Shown here: positions 1 to 12,911 of the stretch, in pieces | Numbering within the stretch: the first letter of the stretch is position 1 | Layout: every line of letters starts with the position of its first letter | Assembly (NCBI RefSeq): GCF_963921235.1 | Contig: NC_086108.1 | Location: forward strand, 52,516,001 to 52,580,000 | DNA: 64,000 nt | Direction of reading: 5' to 3' | Source of the DNA: Mobula hypostoma | Taxonomy: Eukaryota | Program-made: the position numbers and the translations under genes | Notes under the pieces: model-generated | Seen by the model: the letters and a program-made list of their open reading frames with translations, nothing else | The model's database searches: none | What the model was told of the DNA's origin: nothing

Positions 1-976
1 CTTAAAAGATCTTTTGTTAAAATAGAAATGCTTTGTCTGTGTATGCACTACTATTCAGTTGGTTGGTGGAGGGGAGAGGGGTGGAGGGGGGATGGTGATG
101 AAGGTTGGGGGGTGGTTGTGATAAGCAGTCAAAATGTAATTAGCAACTGGTTGTATTGAATGTAATTTCTTGGTGTTGCAATAAAAGATTAGTAATAAAT
201 AATTTGTAAGATTTTGTCTTTTAGGAGTATTTCCTAATAGGACATTACACTGTGAAATAGAAATCATATCATCATTTCTGACAAATTATAATGTTTAAGA
301 AACTCGGAATTATTTTGTTAGGCTTCCCAAAAGGAAACTTTTGTTTGATTGTTTTAATTGTATATTTTGCCAACTGCTCTGGCAAATAAGTTATTCTATT
401 AATGAGCATAATTAGAAACCTATTTATATGCCAGGTCTCCATCATCCTTTCAGGCGGTGCGTTACAAAGTATAATCATTGTTTCCTTAAGAATCCTCTTC
501 TCTCTTGGTTTTATTCAACACTTTGAATCTGTATACTCTGGTTCTTGAATATCTGTTAATCATTTATATGGAATTTAATACAGTCACAATACTCAGTGAA
601 ATCACAAAGTAACATCAACTGACTTTTCATAAAACATGTTAATTTATATTTGTTTGAAATTCTTTTAGCGACATATTCTTTCACTGCACGTAGCATTTGT
701 AATTAAAGCTAGCAATATTCGTGTTTTCCTGATAGGGTGATAGGATTTATGTGTTTAGTATGGTACAAGGTTGGATTCAGGTGTCTGGCAATGTCAGCAG
801 ATACTAAATTTGCATTTTGATCCATTTCCTAATTTGATTTTCGTACTGGTTTCATAAAGCAACTTAAAGAGATCTGTAACAGGCTTTAAACAATTCATAA
901 TGCACTAAATTCATATACTTAACAAGATCATAGTTATCTAATCCACAATATTTGTTTCTGTTTTCTAGTGAAGAGG

Positions 977-1140
977 ATGCCTGGCCTAGTCCAGAACGAG
1001 TGTAATGGAAGGGGGAGCCCTAACAAAAGAAAACGACTTTCCCTTAAATTCTTTCAGAAAAAAGAAGCCAAACGAGCTCTTGATTTTACTGAGAAGGAAG
1101 AAACTGAACACTGTCCTTCAGAGCCAAAAAGGCCAGATAA
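977..1140 (+). CDS. USP1: USP1 first coding exon (exon 2; acceptor at 968/969, ATG at 977)
   Basis: MPGLVQNECNGRGSPNKRKRLSLKFFQKKEAKRALDF matches the USP1 N-terminus; ttttctag acceptor, gtatgt donor at 1141, phase 2. Confidence 0.95.
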
Positions 1141-1651
1141 GTATGTTGCAATATTTACTACACATATAAAGTTTTGCAAACTAAATTTTGCTATCATCAG
1201 CATTATTTGGTTTATTTTTTTCAATCAAGATAACTATACATAGCTACATCATAAATGTGCCCTCAAGTGTTGAAATAATAAGGGAACTTTCTAGATTGTT
1301 TGTCATGTTGTGCCATTTTGTTTCTTGAACTTCAGCTTATCAGCACAGGTGGTCTCTGGTTTCAGATTGAAATGCTAGGACACAGAAAGAAGCCACCTGC
1401 CTCAGTGAATCCCTCCTGGTGCCAGTCCCATATCACCCTCTTTCCTTTAACCTTGCTGGTTATTTTCCCAAAAGCGCCTATCCAGTTTTGAAAACCTTCA
1501 TTGACTGTCTCCATCATCCTTGCTAGCAGTGAGTTACAAATTACAAAATTCTATTTTCTTAAAAATTTTGTCATTGCTTGGTTTTCATTCAGTACTTTGA
1601 ATTTGTATCCTCTGCTTCTGTCATATGCACAAGTACATATGCAATTCTGAA

Positions 1652-1872
1652 AAGCAACACACATAAAAGTTGCTGGTGAACGCAGCAGGCCAGGCAGCAT
1701 CTGTAGGAAGAGGTGCAGTCGACGTTTCAGGCCGAGAGTCCTGATGAAGGGTCTCGGCCTGAAACGTCGACTGCACCTCTTCCTACAGATGCTGCCTGGC
1801 CTGCTGCGTTCACCAGCAACTTTTATGTGTGTTACTTGAATTTCCAGCATCTGCAGAATTCCTGTTGTTTGC
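1652..1872. mobile_element. Short palindromic Penelope-like (PLE) 3'-end insertion
   Basis: About 85-bp inverted arms (1652-1737 / 1753-1837); same sequence as the termini of the GIY-YIG element at 54353-55744; flanking direct repeat tgcaattctgaa at 1640-1651 and 1870-1881. Confidence 0.85.
1737..1772 (+). ncRNA. Minimal type I hammerhead ribozyme motif (PLE-associated)
   Basis: AGUC-CUGAUGA-AGGGUCUCGGCCU-GAAAC-GUC-GACU: both core boxes, stem I AGUC/GACU, stem II AGG/CCU, palindromic ACGU in place of stem III. Confidence 0.75.
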
Positions 1873-1881
1873 AATTCTGAA

Positions 1882-2965
1882 TATCTTATTAAGTAAGGAG
1901 ACAGGGCGGGTGACAACTGTGTAGGACCTTGTGATCATAATTTTATTAATTTCAAGATAATTATGGAGAAGGATGGGACTGGTCCTTGAGATTCTAAATT
2001 GAAGAAAGGATCTGACAAGTATGGATTGGGAGAGGTAGTTTTCTGGTAAGTAGGAAGCCTTCAAAAGTGAAATATTGAGAGTACAGAAATTACATATTCC
2101 TGTTAGAAAAGAAGGCAAGGCTAACGGGCTAGGGAATCTTGGTTTTCGAGGGGTATTGAGGTCCTGGTAAAGAAGAAGGTATATATTAGGCAAAGGCAGT
2201 AAGGAACAAATAGAGCTCTTATAAGAGAACATTTAAGAGGGAAACCATGGTTAAAAGAATGCAAGAGAACATTTACAAGGGAAACCGATGGTTAAAAGAA
2301 GGCATGAGGTTACTCTGATAGACAAGGTGAAAGAGAACCTCAAGGGTAAAGAGAGCTTTTGGCATATTGGCCTTTATAAATCAGTGCTGAGTGCAAGAGT
2401 TGGGATGTTATTGTGAAATTGTTTAAGATGTTGGTGAGGCCAAGTTTTAAGTATTCTCTCCAGTTTTGGTCACCTACCAACAGGAAAAATATCAATAAGA
2501 CTGAAAGAATACAGAGAAAATTTACAAGGATGTTGCTAGGATTTGAGACCTGAGTTACAGAGAAAGGTAGAATATGTTCGGATTTTATTCCCTCGAGTGT
2601 AAGAAAATGAGGGGAGATTAGCAGGATACAAAATTAAGGGTAAATGTAAGCAAGCTTTTTCCAGCGAACTTGGGTAAGACTAGAACTAGGGTTATAGTTT
2701 AAGGATGAAAGGTGAAATATTTAAGAGGAACCTGAGGGGGATCCACTTCAGATGATAACGTGACTGTGGAATGAGTTGCCAGTGGAAGTGCTGGATGCAG
2801 GCTCAGTTGCAATATTTAAGAGAACTTTTGATAGGTACATGAATAGGAGGGGTATTGAGGGCTATAGTCTAGGTATGGGTCGATGGGACTATGCAGATTA
2901 ACAGTTTGGCACATACTAGATGGGCCAAAGGGCCTGTTTCTGTGCTTTAGTAGCTTATGACTATA
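1882..2965 (+). mobile_element. Decayed, internally deleted CR1-type LINE
   Basis: Typical CR1 3' region (cagttttggtcacct..., acaaggatgttgc..., gggccaaagggcctgtttctgtgct); homologous to 35000-35450 and 37750-38345; boundaries approximate. Confidence 0.7.
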
Positions 2966-3674
2966 CATGTATGCGTAGGTGCTTCGAAAAAATTTCCTGT
3001 ACTGGATCACAGGTACATGGCTTCAGATTTACAACCTTTACAAGGAATCCCATCCCCGCTTTTGTATAGTTGTTTTATTAATATTTAGGATCCCATTTGA
3101 TTTTTCAGCAAGTCTCAACACGCTGTGTAATTTCAAAAGTTTATGCACTTGTATGCCCAGATTCCTCTGTTACTGAATCGCAGAGGTTCACAACCTTGTC
3201 TGGAACAAGGAGGTCAACCCCAATTTGTTTAGTAAATCCACAGAATAACACTGATCTCTAGAATAATTTTTGTAAATACACGCTCCCTTTCAACCTATCA
3301 CATCTTTCCTAAGGTGTGGCATCCAGTGCAGATCAGAATAGTCCAGGGTGGCTGAGATTTTTTTTTAAATTATAAAGATATGTTAGCTACTACTTGCTTT
3401 TGTGACTTTTTTTTCTCAACATGCCCTGTCAAAGTACAATGTAAGTATAGCTCCAGATCTCTATGTTCTTAATGTTACACAATTCTCATACCGTCTCTTC
3501 TTATTCTCCATACCAAGAACTTTACACTTACCAGTATTAAAATTCATCTGGAATCTGTCAAAATAGTACTAGGTGGTGCTCCAGTATGTCTGTCTTTCCA
3601 GGCAGCGAAACAATCTTTTGCCATCAGTCTTTCATTTTGACAAGTCAATTATCAAATGCCTTCGGTAGTGCAAA

Positions 3675-4075
3675 CAGTACTGTGCAAAAGTCTTAAGGCA
3701 GGTGGCAGAGATGGAACGCCAGAGGTGGGGAGATGGTGCAGACACACTTGGCACTGAAACATCAGGCAAGGTAATTTGATTCCAAGCAATTGGCTTATTG
3801 ATCATTATGAATGTCTCTCTGGTGCTTCCCACTCTCTCCTCTCCCTTCACCTTCTGTCAACTATGATTCCCTTCTCTCTGTCCCCTTCCCACTCTCAGTC
3901 CACAGGAGACACATATCGGAATCAGGTTTATCATCACTCATGTCATGAAATTAGTTTTTTTTTGTGGCTCAAGTATGGTGCAATGCGTAAAATTACTACA
4001 GTTTTGTGCATAATTGTCTTAAGCATCTTGGTGCTCTCCCTCTACATATAATATCTAAGACTTCACATACTATTG
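3675..4075. mobile_element. Composite Tc1/mariner-type MITE, copy 1
   Basis: TIR cagtactgtgcaaaagtctta(a)ggca; internal part is the reverse complement of 47403-47790. Confidence 0.6.
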
Positions 4076-5679
4076 TATATACAACATCATATACATTTCC
4101 CTCGTTGACCACCTTCTTGTATGGGGGAAAAAAACCAAATGTGGCAAGAAAGATGAGACAGGGAGGGGAAAGGGAGGCATTTATATCAAATACAAAAAAG
4201 TGTTGCAGCTACTAGGGTAGGTAGTAGGTACAGAAGATAGGAGACTGTGGACTAGGTTAAGGCTGGGGCACTGTACGTTAAACAAAACATTGAAAATGAT
4301 AGGGAAACATCAGACAGGATTGTGTGAGGAATGTCAGGAAGAAGAGACAGTAGACATGTAGTTCTGAGTTGCAGGAAGTATGGGATACGGAGAGATGATG
4401 ATTATCGATCTAAGGGAATTGGGAGTGCAGGAATTCACATTAAAAGGGTTGCTGGGCTGGGTGAGAAAGCACAGGTCAGGGTATTTTTAGCTTTCTTAAG
4501 GGGTACAGGGTTTTTTTTATAGGATATGATGAATAAGCAGGCAACTTCCCTTCCTGAACTATTTTTTGTAATTACCCTTGTTCTCACATTAAAAACCTAG
4601 TATCCATGCTCTTTCTACTCTCTAATGTTTTGGGAAGATAGAGGAGCCTGTAGCCCATCCTACTTTAGTGTCATTTGCGAATCTGAAATTTTACATCACA
4701 AATTTATATGGTAGTGGTCATGGCACTGATTCTTGGTATCTATGCTAACTACAATCCTCCTTCAAAAACAGCAGAAGGTTAACTGTTTTTTATCATTGAC
4801 ACTTTTATTCAGTGATTCTCATTTACTAACCAGCCTTTGGAAATCTATATTGACAAAATTCCTTGTGTTCCCTTTGGCAATTTTCATTATTATCTGCAAA
4901 TAAGTTTACTCAAATATTGGGTAATGTAATAGAATTTGAAGGAACATTTATTCAACTTACTTTCAAAGAACATCTACTTAAAATTTTTGCAATAAACATC
5001 AGTTTAAATATTCACACAATTGTATAATCTCAACCAGTTCATATTATTTTCAAATTCAAAGTAGATTTGTATTCTATTACATAAAATGTAACAAATCTAA
5101 CAGATTAGCCATCTGTACAATATTAGAGCATTGTTGAAACTTAACTTTAAATTTGGGAGACTGGGCAGCTGAAGGAAGAGGAAGGCTGTGAACAAACAAA
5201 TGGGAGAATTAGTTCTTCTGATTGAACATTGCTCACCTGGTTCCTGCACCAGAAAGGACTTTCTATAAAGCTGATTCAAATCATGTTGAGAATCAGTGTT
5301 CAAGTAGATTGAGAATAGTTAATAAATCTACACATTTGTAGTCAATCCATAAGGTTCTTTCATATGTAGACAAACTGGATTGGAGAGAGCTTATTAACTT
5401 ATATAGGTTTATTGTTTTCTTCATATATAATTTTCTTTAATTATTCTGAGTTGATAATTTCTGCAAATGCTTTTCAATATTCTGATTGTTATTAAATTCC
5501 ATAGCTGAAAATGTAATTTCCCTTGCTATGATCAACAAGCTGTTCAGTTTTAATAGTTCATATATGCTACCTAGCAATTAAGAACTAACATTTTGTTTTT
5601 TTGAAAATATAACTAATGTTCTTCATTCTTCTTACCTGTTCACTTCCGTATTTTAAATTGTATTAATACATCTATACCA

Positions 5680-6012
5680 AAGGTGCTCCTTCCCTCTGCT
5701 AGCCTGCAAGCCACCCTTGAGTAATGTGTAGCACTTGCTTAGCCCACTGACCAGGGTATTGTGAAGGCATGGAAGCAGGTGGTGGATGATCGTATAAGCA
5801 GCTGATGCATATCTCAAGTCTTGGTTATGCAACTATGCCAGGCAGACAATCTCTGAAGAGTATTGATAATAGTTGGGGTCGCCCGCCTTGTAAAGACTCT
5901 GTCCAGAAGAAGGCAATGGCAAGCCACTTCTGTAGAAAAATTTGCCAAGAAAAATTCTGGTCATGAGACCATGATCACCTATGTCATACAACACTGCACA
6001 TGATGATGGTGA
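5680..6012 (+). mobile_element. SINE-like repeat with RTE-type 3' core
   Basis: agaaggcaatggcaagccact...ttgccaagaaaa resembles RTE/Bov-A 3' ends; ends in a (tga)n tail. Confidence 0.45.
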
Positions 6013-6336
6013 ATAAAGGCTACCTTTAAAATACTTTACACACCATGTCAAAAATATCAGATTAGCAGACTGCAGGGTGAACAGTAGTCTTCAGTTAACT
6101 GAGGTGATTTTATGTGACCCACAAATGACATCTATGCTTGTCATCCTTTTACCAGTTCATGGTTATCATGTATTTACCATCTATATTGCAGCTATCCATT
6201 GTTCCTTTTTTACATTGAGTCACTTACTTAATGTGATCTGACTTTGAACTGTTGTAATTTGTTTTTTGTTCAGAATTGATTATTGTTCTGGTATCCCGGT
6301 GTATCACTTTTACCCCATCTGTTGAAATTTAAATAG

Positions 6337-6466
6337 GTGTGACAAGACTGTTTCTGGAACCCAGCTGGTAGCTTCTGCAGTTGATTATGAAAAGAGAGAG
6401 CAGCTTCTGCCATTTGTTGGCCTAAACAATTTGGGAAATACATGTTACCTCAATAGTGTGCTTCAG
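6337..6466 (+). CDS. USP1: USP1 exon 3 (Cys box)
   Basis: Translates to ...EKREQLLPFVGLNNLGNTCYLNSVLQ with the catalytic Cys; tag acceptor, gtaaag donor; phase fits exon 2. Confidence 0.97.
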
Positions 6467-6894
6467 GTAAAGTATTCTGACGTTGGTAGTGTCAATTCCC
6501 AGAAATGTCTTCGTTAGTAGCATCAGCCAAGTTGTATTAATCCTTTTCTGTTTTTGTAACTAAGGAAGCAGCTATTTTAAAAATTGTGATCATTTGGTAA
6601 GTTATAAATTTAAATGTGAGTTTTTAAATCTGTGTTCTTTTAACTTAAATTGCCTTGCTTCCAGTGTGGATTATTATCTTCATGACTTAAACTGGAATGC
6701 TAGTCTCAAAAATGTACTCTAATTTAAAAAAAATCACGATGTGAGATTTCGATCAATTGATTTGACATTAAAAGTAAACATGAATTGGATGAAAATGGAA
6801 ATACTTAGTTTTTAAACTGAACCTTGGTAACCAAAGTGAGTATATTTTGTTTAAATTCTTGGCTCACATCTTGTTTGATGGGGACGATATGCAC

Positions 6895-8175
6895 ATTCAC
6901 TTCTATAACATCCACCATTGTTCCTGTACCTAAAAAAGACCAAGATAATACGTCTGAATGACTGGCGCCTGTTGCACTCACCTCAATAGTAAGCAAATGT
7001 TTTGAGTGGCTGGTCAAGGACTACATCTGTAGCATGCTACCACCCACACTGGACCCCTTACGATTTGCTTACCAACACAACTGATCGACAGACGACACAA
7101 TAGCCACAGCTCTACACACCGCCCTTGCACATCCGGAAAAGAGGATGCTTATGTGAGAATGCTGTTCCTGGACTACAGTTCAGCATTCAACACCATAATT
7201 CCCTCCATGCTCGACAAGAAACTCAGAGAGCTCGGCCTTCACCCTTCTGGAATTCTTGTCAGATTGCCAGCAGGTGGTAAGAGTGGGCTCCCACACCTCC
7301 GACCTGCACACAGGCGCCCCTGAGAGCTGAATAAGCCCCCTCCTTTACTCTCTGTATACCCATGACTGTGTCCAATCTGCTAATTAAATTTGCAGGCGCT
7401 ACCACACTGGTTGGCCTAATCTCAAATAATAATGAGGCAGTCTACAGAGAAGAAATCATCACCCTGACACAGTGGTGTCAAAACAACCCTCAATGTCGCA
7501 AAAACAAAGGAGCTGGTTGTGGACTACAGGAGGACTGGGGGACATTCCGTATTGCCATCAATGGATCTGGGGTTGAAAGGATGAACAGCTTTTAAGTTCC
7601 TTGGCAGAAACATCATCGAGGATCTTGTGTGGTCTGTACACACCAGGTGTGTGGTGAAAAAGGTACAACAGCGCCTCTTTCACCTCAAAGACAGTTGAAG
7701 AAGTTTGGTATGGGTCCTCAAATCCTAAGAACTTCCTACAGGGGCGCAATTGAGAGCATCCTAACTGGCTGCATCACTGCCTGGTATGGGAACTGTACTT
7801 CCCTCAATCACAAGACCCTGCAGAGAGTGGTGCAGACAGCCCAGCACAGCTGTAGAAGTGAACTTCCCACTATTCAGGACATTTACAAACACAGGTGTGT
7901 AAAAAGGGCCCAAAGGATCATTGTGGGCCCGAGTCACCCCAACCACAAACTGTTCCAGCTGCTACAATCTGGGAGAAGGTACCGTAGCATTAAAGCCAGG
8001 ACCAACAGGCTCTGGGACAGCTTCTTCCACCAGGCCATCTATGTTATGTTGATTGTCCTGTTGTACATGATATTTATTATAAATCACTATAAATTGCACA
8101 TTTAGACGGAGATGTAACGTAAAGATATTTACTCCTCATGTATATGAAGGATGTTAGTAATAAAGTCAATTCAGT
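6895..8175 (+). mobile_element. Rex1/Babar-type LINE 3' fragment (RT pseudogene)
   Basis: Frameshifted RT motifs ([49 protein letters not shown]); aataaagtcaattca tail. Confidence 0.8.
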
Positions 8176-8408
8176 AAGTTCCTGTTTTTAGGCAATTCAA
8201 TATTTTGGGCCATTTCTGGTAAATATATCGAGTAGGTGATTCTAATTTCATTCTCTGCTTAGTATTTCAATGAGGATAGAAAAAGACCTGCAATTCAGTC
8301 AGTTCCATTAATTACTTTGCATGTTTCAGAAACAAGCTATGCAGCCCAACCTGTCCATTTACACCCCATTCAAGCCATCTGCTCTGTTGAATAGCTTCGT
8401 ATAATTTA

Positions 8409-9515
8409 GGCTACGTCCTCACTACGCCGGATAATTTTGAAAACAAAGCTTTTTCTCTTCCTTTTGACCCTCCGTCCACACTGAACCGGTGTTTTCATGC
8501 CCCGAAAACAGAGATTTTCGAGAACACTCTCCAGAGTGTGTAAATTTGAAAACGATTGTTTCGCGTTGTAGTGTGTACGGGGTAAACGGAGAGATTTTAA
8601 AAACGTTGTCATGAAAACACCACAACAACAATACTTTTTCTGCTTCTGCTTGGGACTGCGCAAGCACTGTCGGATGGCTGTTCTTGGTTCTTGATCCTCC
8701 AAAATATTCCGCATGGAATTTAAACTGAAGGTGGCTTTCAAGCTGGTCCCCTCGGTTTCTCTGTTTGCATCCTTTGTTCTTCTGCCCGTACCCTCCGGTC
8801 TCCCAGTCTGCGGTGGTCGTACCCTCGATCTCCTGTACCCCGGGGTCTCCAGGCTGGCACTGTTGCTGACTGACCACCGCTGTTATAACGCGCAGTCGGT
8901 GTGAACGGCGTGAGAGTTAAATTGTAAAGTGAGCTTTTTTGACTAGATCCCCTAAATTGATTTGATTGAGTCTATCTTTAAAAATATTAATGTCAGAAAT
9001 ACTGTGCAGGTCTGGCTGCAGAAGATTCCACTCACTTGTTGATCTTGGATAGAGGACGGCTTTATGTGTGTGTTGTTTACTTTATTGTCTACGTTAATAG
9101 TTTATTTGGAATGAAACATCTCCACTGCTTTACTGACTTTGTAGTCGTTTGTAACTCGCAGAAACAGCTCGACCTCATTGTCTGTCTAAACGGAGAAGTC
9201 CGGTCTGATTTTTCCAGCGGAGGTTTTCTTTGTATTCCTCGAAGACATCGTTGAAAACTTTCTTTCGCTGTTGTTGGTACTCTAGTTTTATTCTATGGAA
9301 ATAGCACAACGCCACCACGGAAACATAAATATTATACTGTTTCCTCTTCGCTTGTTTTCTGTAGATGTGTCTGCGTATGCCCAGTAGGAGTAGGTTCGCC
9401 CAAATATCTGTTTTGGTATGGACAGAGATATTTTGAAAATGCGTAGTGTGGACGCCTGTCGTTTTTACTCGAAACCGGCGTTTTCAAAATTATCCAGCGT
9501 AGTATGGACGTAGCC
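8409..9515. mobile_element. Non-autonomous PIF/Harbinger DNA transposon
   Basis: About 36-bp TIRs ggctacgtcc..actacgc.ggataattttgaaaac; 3-bp TTA TSD at 8406-8408 and 9516-9518; Myb/SANT-like remnant on - (9248-9118). Confidence 0.85.
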
Positions 9516-10144
9516 TTAGAAGCTAGGAATCTTCTATTTTCAGTATTTCCCTATATCAAAAAAAATTGAAGTCAGTAAACAGCAGTCTGATTTCTTAATT
9601 TATCAGTGAAGAAATGAAAGGCCACAGCTTATTCCAGGTTACTCCAAAATAAATTAGATTGGGGAGGGTTTTCATGGGTAGATATATCAGTTAGAAAATA
9701 ATTTTATAACAGTAGATTAGAATATGCCATTGAATAATTGGCTGCCAGATTTGCCGCAAGTAGTAGTACTTTCATTTAGCCAGGATGTAAAAGATCCCAG
9801 GGAACTACTATGAAGAACTGTAGGAGAGTTATAGAGGAACATTCTCCTTGTAAGCAAAAATGATTAGATAACCACTTTTGGGATCATAAACAGGATGCCA
9901 GTTATTTCACTATAAAACAATTCTGGATGTCCTAATATCTTGCCTTATTGAAACAGATGATAAAATATTTTAAATTTTAATTGTATGGTAGATTCAAAGA
10001 ACATTGAATGTTAGATGAAAGCTTGAAGAACGGAGTATGTTAATGTGATGTGTTAAGCAGTTCATAGTGATTTTAAGCTGATAGAGGTCCCTCTAAATTC
10101 ATACAATTGTAACAGTTTTCAAAAAATATTTTTTTAATAACTAG

Positions 10145-10252
10145 GTGTTGTATTATTGCCCTGGATTTAAAACTAGGATGGAATTTATGAATGACATAAT
10201 CATCAAGAATCAAGAGATGCTGAAGAGTGACGAGGATCCCAAAACAGATCAG
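10145..10252 (+). CDS. USP1: USP1 exon 4
   Basis: VLYYCPGFKTRMEF...PKTDQ; ctag acceptor, gtaatt donor, 108 nt, phase 0/0. Confidence 0.95.
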
Positions 10253-10720
10253 GTAATTCAGAAGGAAAATAAACATATATGTTATAAGGCTGAAAGTCTT
10301 GTGCAATTATTAGGTCATTGTAATTTGCCACAACATATGTAACTAAAATAGGTTTGTTTACTAGTATTGTGTGATCAAAACAATGAATTACTAATATATT
10401 GTCCACTGGTAATGCTACAAACAGATTTAAACTGGGTAATTTTAGCACTAGATTGGTATCTTAGAACAGTGTGCAGTAGGAGAAATAACAGGATTCTAAC
10501 AAAGTAAAACTGCAAAGTCAGTAAAGGAGAATAAAAGTAATTAAAAGCACAATGCCATTTTTTCTTTTCAAAATAATGTGAATATGTATAGAAGATTGGT
10601 ATTGCAGAAGAATAGAAGCTATTTTAATGAAGTATATCCTGATAATTGCTGGATTTGAAAGATTAAAACCAACTAAATTTTGAACAGCATTGCTGATCTG
10701 TGAATGCTCGTTTGCTGTAG

Positions 10721-10890
10721 GACATGACAGATGGTCGAGAGGAATTGCCAGTTTGCTTAGAGCTGATCTGTAATTTGCATAGTTTGATTGGGTTGATGGA
10801 ACAGACTCAGGCCAGCTACCTTCTCAATGCCGAGAATTACACAGAGGGGGAGCTTGCTATTCAGCCTAAAAGACTGATGTGTACGTTGAG
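10721..10890 (+). CDS. USP1: USP1 exon 5
   Basis: ...LELICNLHSLIGLMEQTQASYLLNAENYTEGELAIQPKRLMCTL(R); gtag acceptor, gtaagt donor. Confidence 0.95.
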
Positions 10891-11153
10891 GTAAGTTTTT
10901 AAATGCAAGAATAAATTGTTAAGTGTATGTAAGGAAGAAATGTGGAAGTTAGATTTTGGTGTTTTAAAAAAAATTGTATGCATAGGATGATTAGCCATAA
11001 GCAAAAAAAATGGTGTCTGAATACTTTTGTCTTTCACTAATTATCCTAACTATCAGAATCCTTGCAAAGATCAGAATATATGAACATTTATTTATTCGTG
11101 TCCAGTTGAACTTTCTGAACTACATGTGGTAGGACAAATTTCGCTGCACTATA

Positions 11154-11642
11154 CAAGGGGTGATTGTTAAGTTCGTGGCCTAAGGTAGGAGGAGTCAATT
11201 TTAGAAAACCTAGCATATTTATTTTTCCTACATTTACACACTTAGTCCAGCGGTCATGGAGCATACAGATATCCCTTCTTTGTAGAAGTCGGCATCTTGG
11301 ACCTCCGGAAGTGGTCCACAGCAGGGATGATTGATAAGGTCGTGGCCTAAAGTAGAAGGAGATGAGGAGAAACTTCAAACTTGTTGCATTTTTACTCAAA
11401 GAGTTGAACTGCACATGCATGTAATGAGAGCTGTATAACTCATCTCCTTCTACCTTAGGCCATGAACATATCAATCTCTCCTGCTGTGGACCACTTCTAC
11501 AAAGAAGGGATCCGTATGCTCCACGACCACTGGACTAAGTGTGTAAATGTACGAGGGGGGACTATGTTGAAAAATAAATGTGCTAGGTTTTCTAAAACTG
11601 ACTCCTTCTACCTTAGGCCATGAACTTATCAATCACCCCTCG
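11154..11642. mobile_element. Mariner-derived non-autonomous foldback element, copy 1
   Basis: TA TSDs at 11152-11153 and 11643-11644; TIR c(g/a)aggggtgattg(a/t)taagttc(g/a)tggcctaaggtag; mariner C-terminal remnant FYKEGIRMLHD.WTKCVNV. Confidence 0.85.
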
Positions 11643-12911
11643 TATTGCTGCTTTTTTCTATACTTGCCTTCATGCCACTTATCTTAAAGATGATGATTAC
11701 AGAACTACAATATGACTCCATTGGCATGCTTCAGTCATCTGGTAGCTTGCTTAAAGTATCCACTTTTCCATGAGCCTAAAAATCATTAATCTGGCTTTTT
11801 TTCTGTTGGCCTCTGCCTGAATTCCACTGGCAGGTTACTCAATATCAGAAAAAGATAGGAAGCTAAGATTATCATTTTCCTCCATTTTTATTTGTCCATC
11901 TCAGTTTTGCATCGATTTGTATGCTTCTGAAATTGTAATTGAATCATTTAGTTTATCACTGTAATTAAATTCTGATTTATCCTTGCCAGTTATGTTGGTA
12001 TTATACACAATTCTGTTACTTAGAGAATCAAAATAGTCTTATTTTTAGCCATGAACGTTATACAGAAATGTTCTGGGACAAATTCAACTATCCCTGTTCT
12101 TACTTCCTGCTTCATCTGACCCCTCCCACTCCCAATTCGTAATATATATTCATAATATTTACTGTGGGATATGGGCATCACTGGCAAGCCATCATTGTTT
12201 GAACTGCTGTACGCTCTGGTGACTGTATTTTCAAGTGCAATTGAATAGGGAGTTCCAGTGCTCAGACTCTGAGGGTAAAGGAATATAGATCTATTTTCAA
12301 GTCAAGATGCTAGGTGACATAACTCCAAAGGCATGTTCCTGATGAATTGGTGGTAGAAATTGTGGATTTAGGAGGTGCTATGCATTGTACCTTAATAACC
12401 TTCGTAGTGGTATATCCAAAGTATTTTGCAAACCAAATCTACATTGATTGTTTTCCCTTCCTTATTCTAATTATGATTACTAAATCTGTTTTCTGGCTAA
12501 TTTGATAAATATGAATCACAGCTCAGTACCACTAAACCCATTTAAGGTAACTCACTTGATTTTGATTCAACTAGCAACCATTTCACTTGCTTACATATTA
12601 CAGAGAGCTAAAAATGAATTTCTTTTCCCAAACCTTGTATTTTAAAGTTTAACATTTTAATTTTCTGTATCAAAATCATAGACAGATTTATTATCACTGA
12701 CTTACTTGTCATCAGTTATCTTGTCTCTTCTTTTGAAGACTGATCTTGGAGTTCATGACTTTGGTTTAATGTAACGACTAAGTTGTATGAATAATATGAT
12801 TATTGCAGTTGCCATTTAACAGCATAAGTTCTAGTTCTGTGCAAAAAGCAAATTAAATGAGAGCACAAGTGTCCCACCAAATAATTAATAGACTGTCCAC
12901 ATGTATTTTAG

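Noticed and set aside
58..120. G-rich tract, possible G-quadruplex in USP1 intron 1
   Set aside because: Low-complexity sequence with irregular G runs; nothing else supports a function
8406..8904. Overlapping 111-151 aa ORFs
   Set aside because: Inside the GC-rich Harbinger derivative, with no recognisable domain
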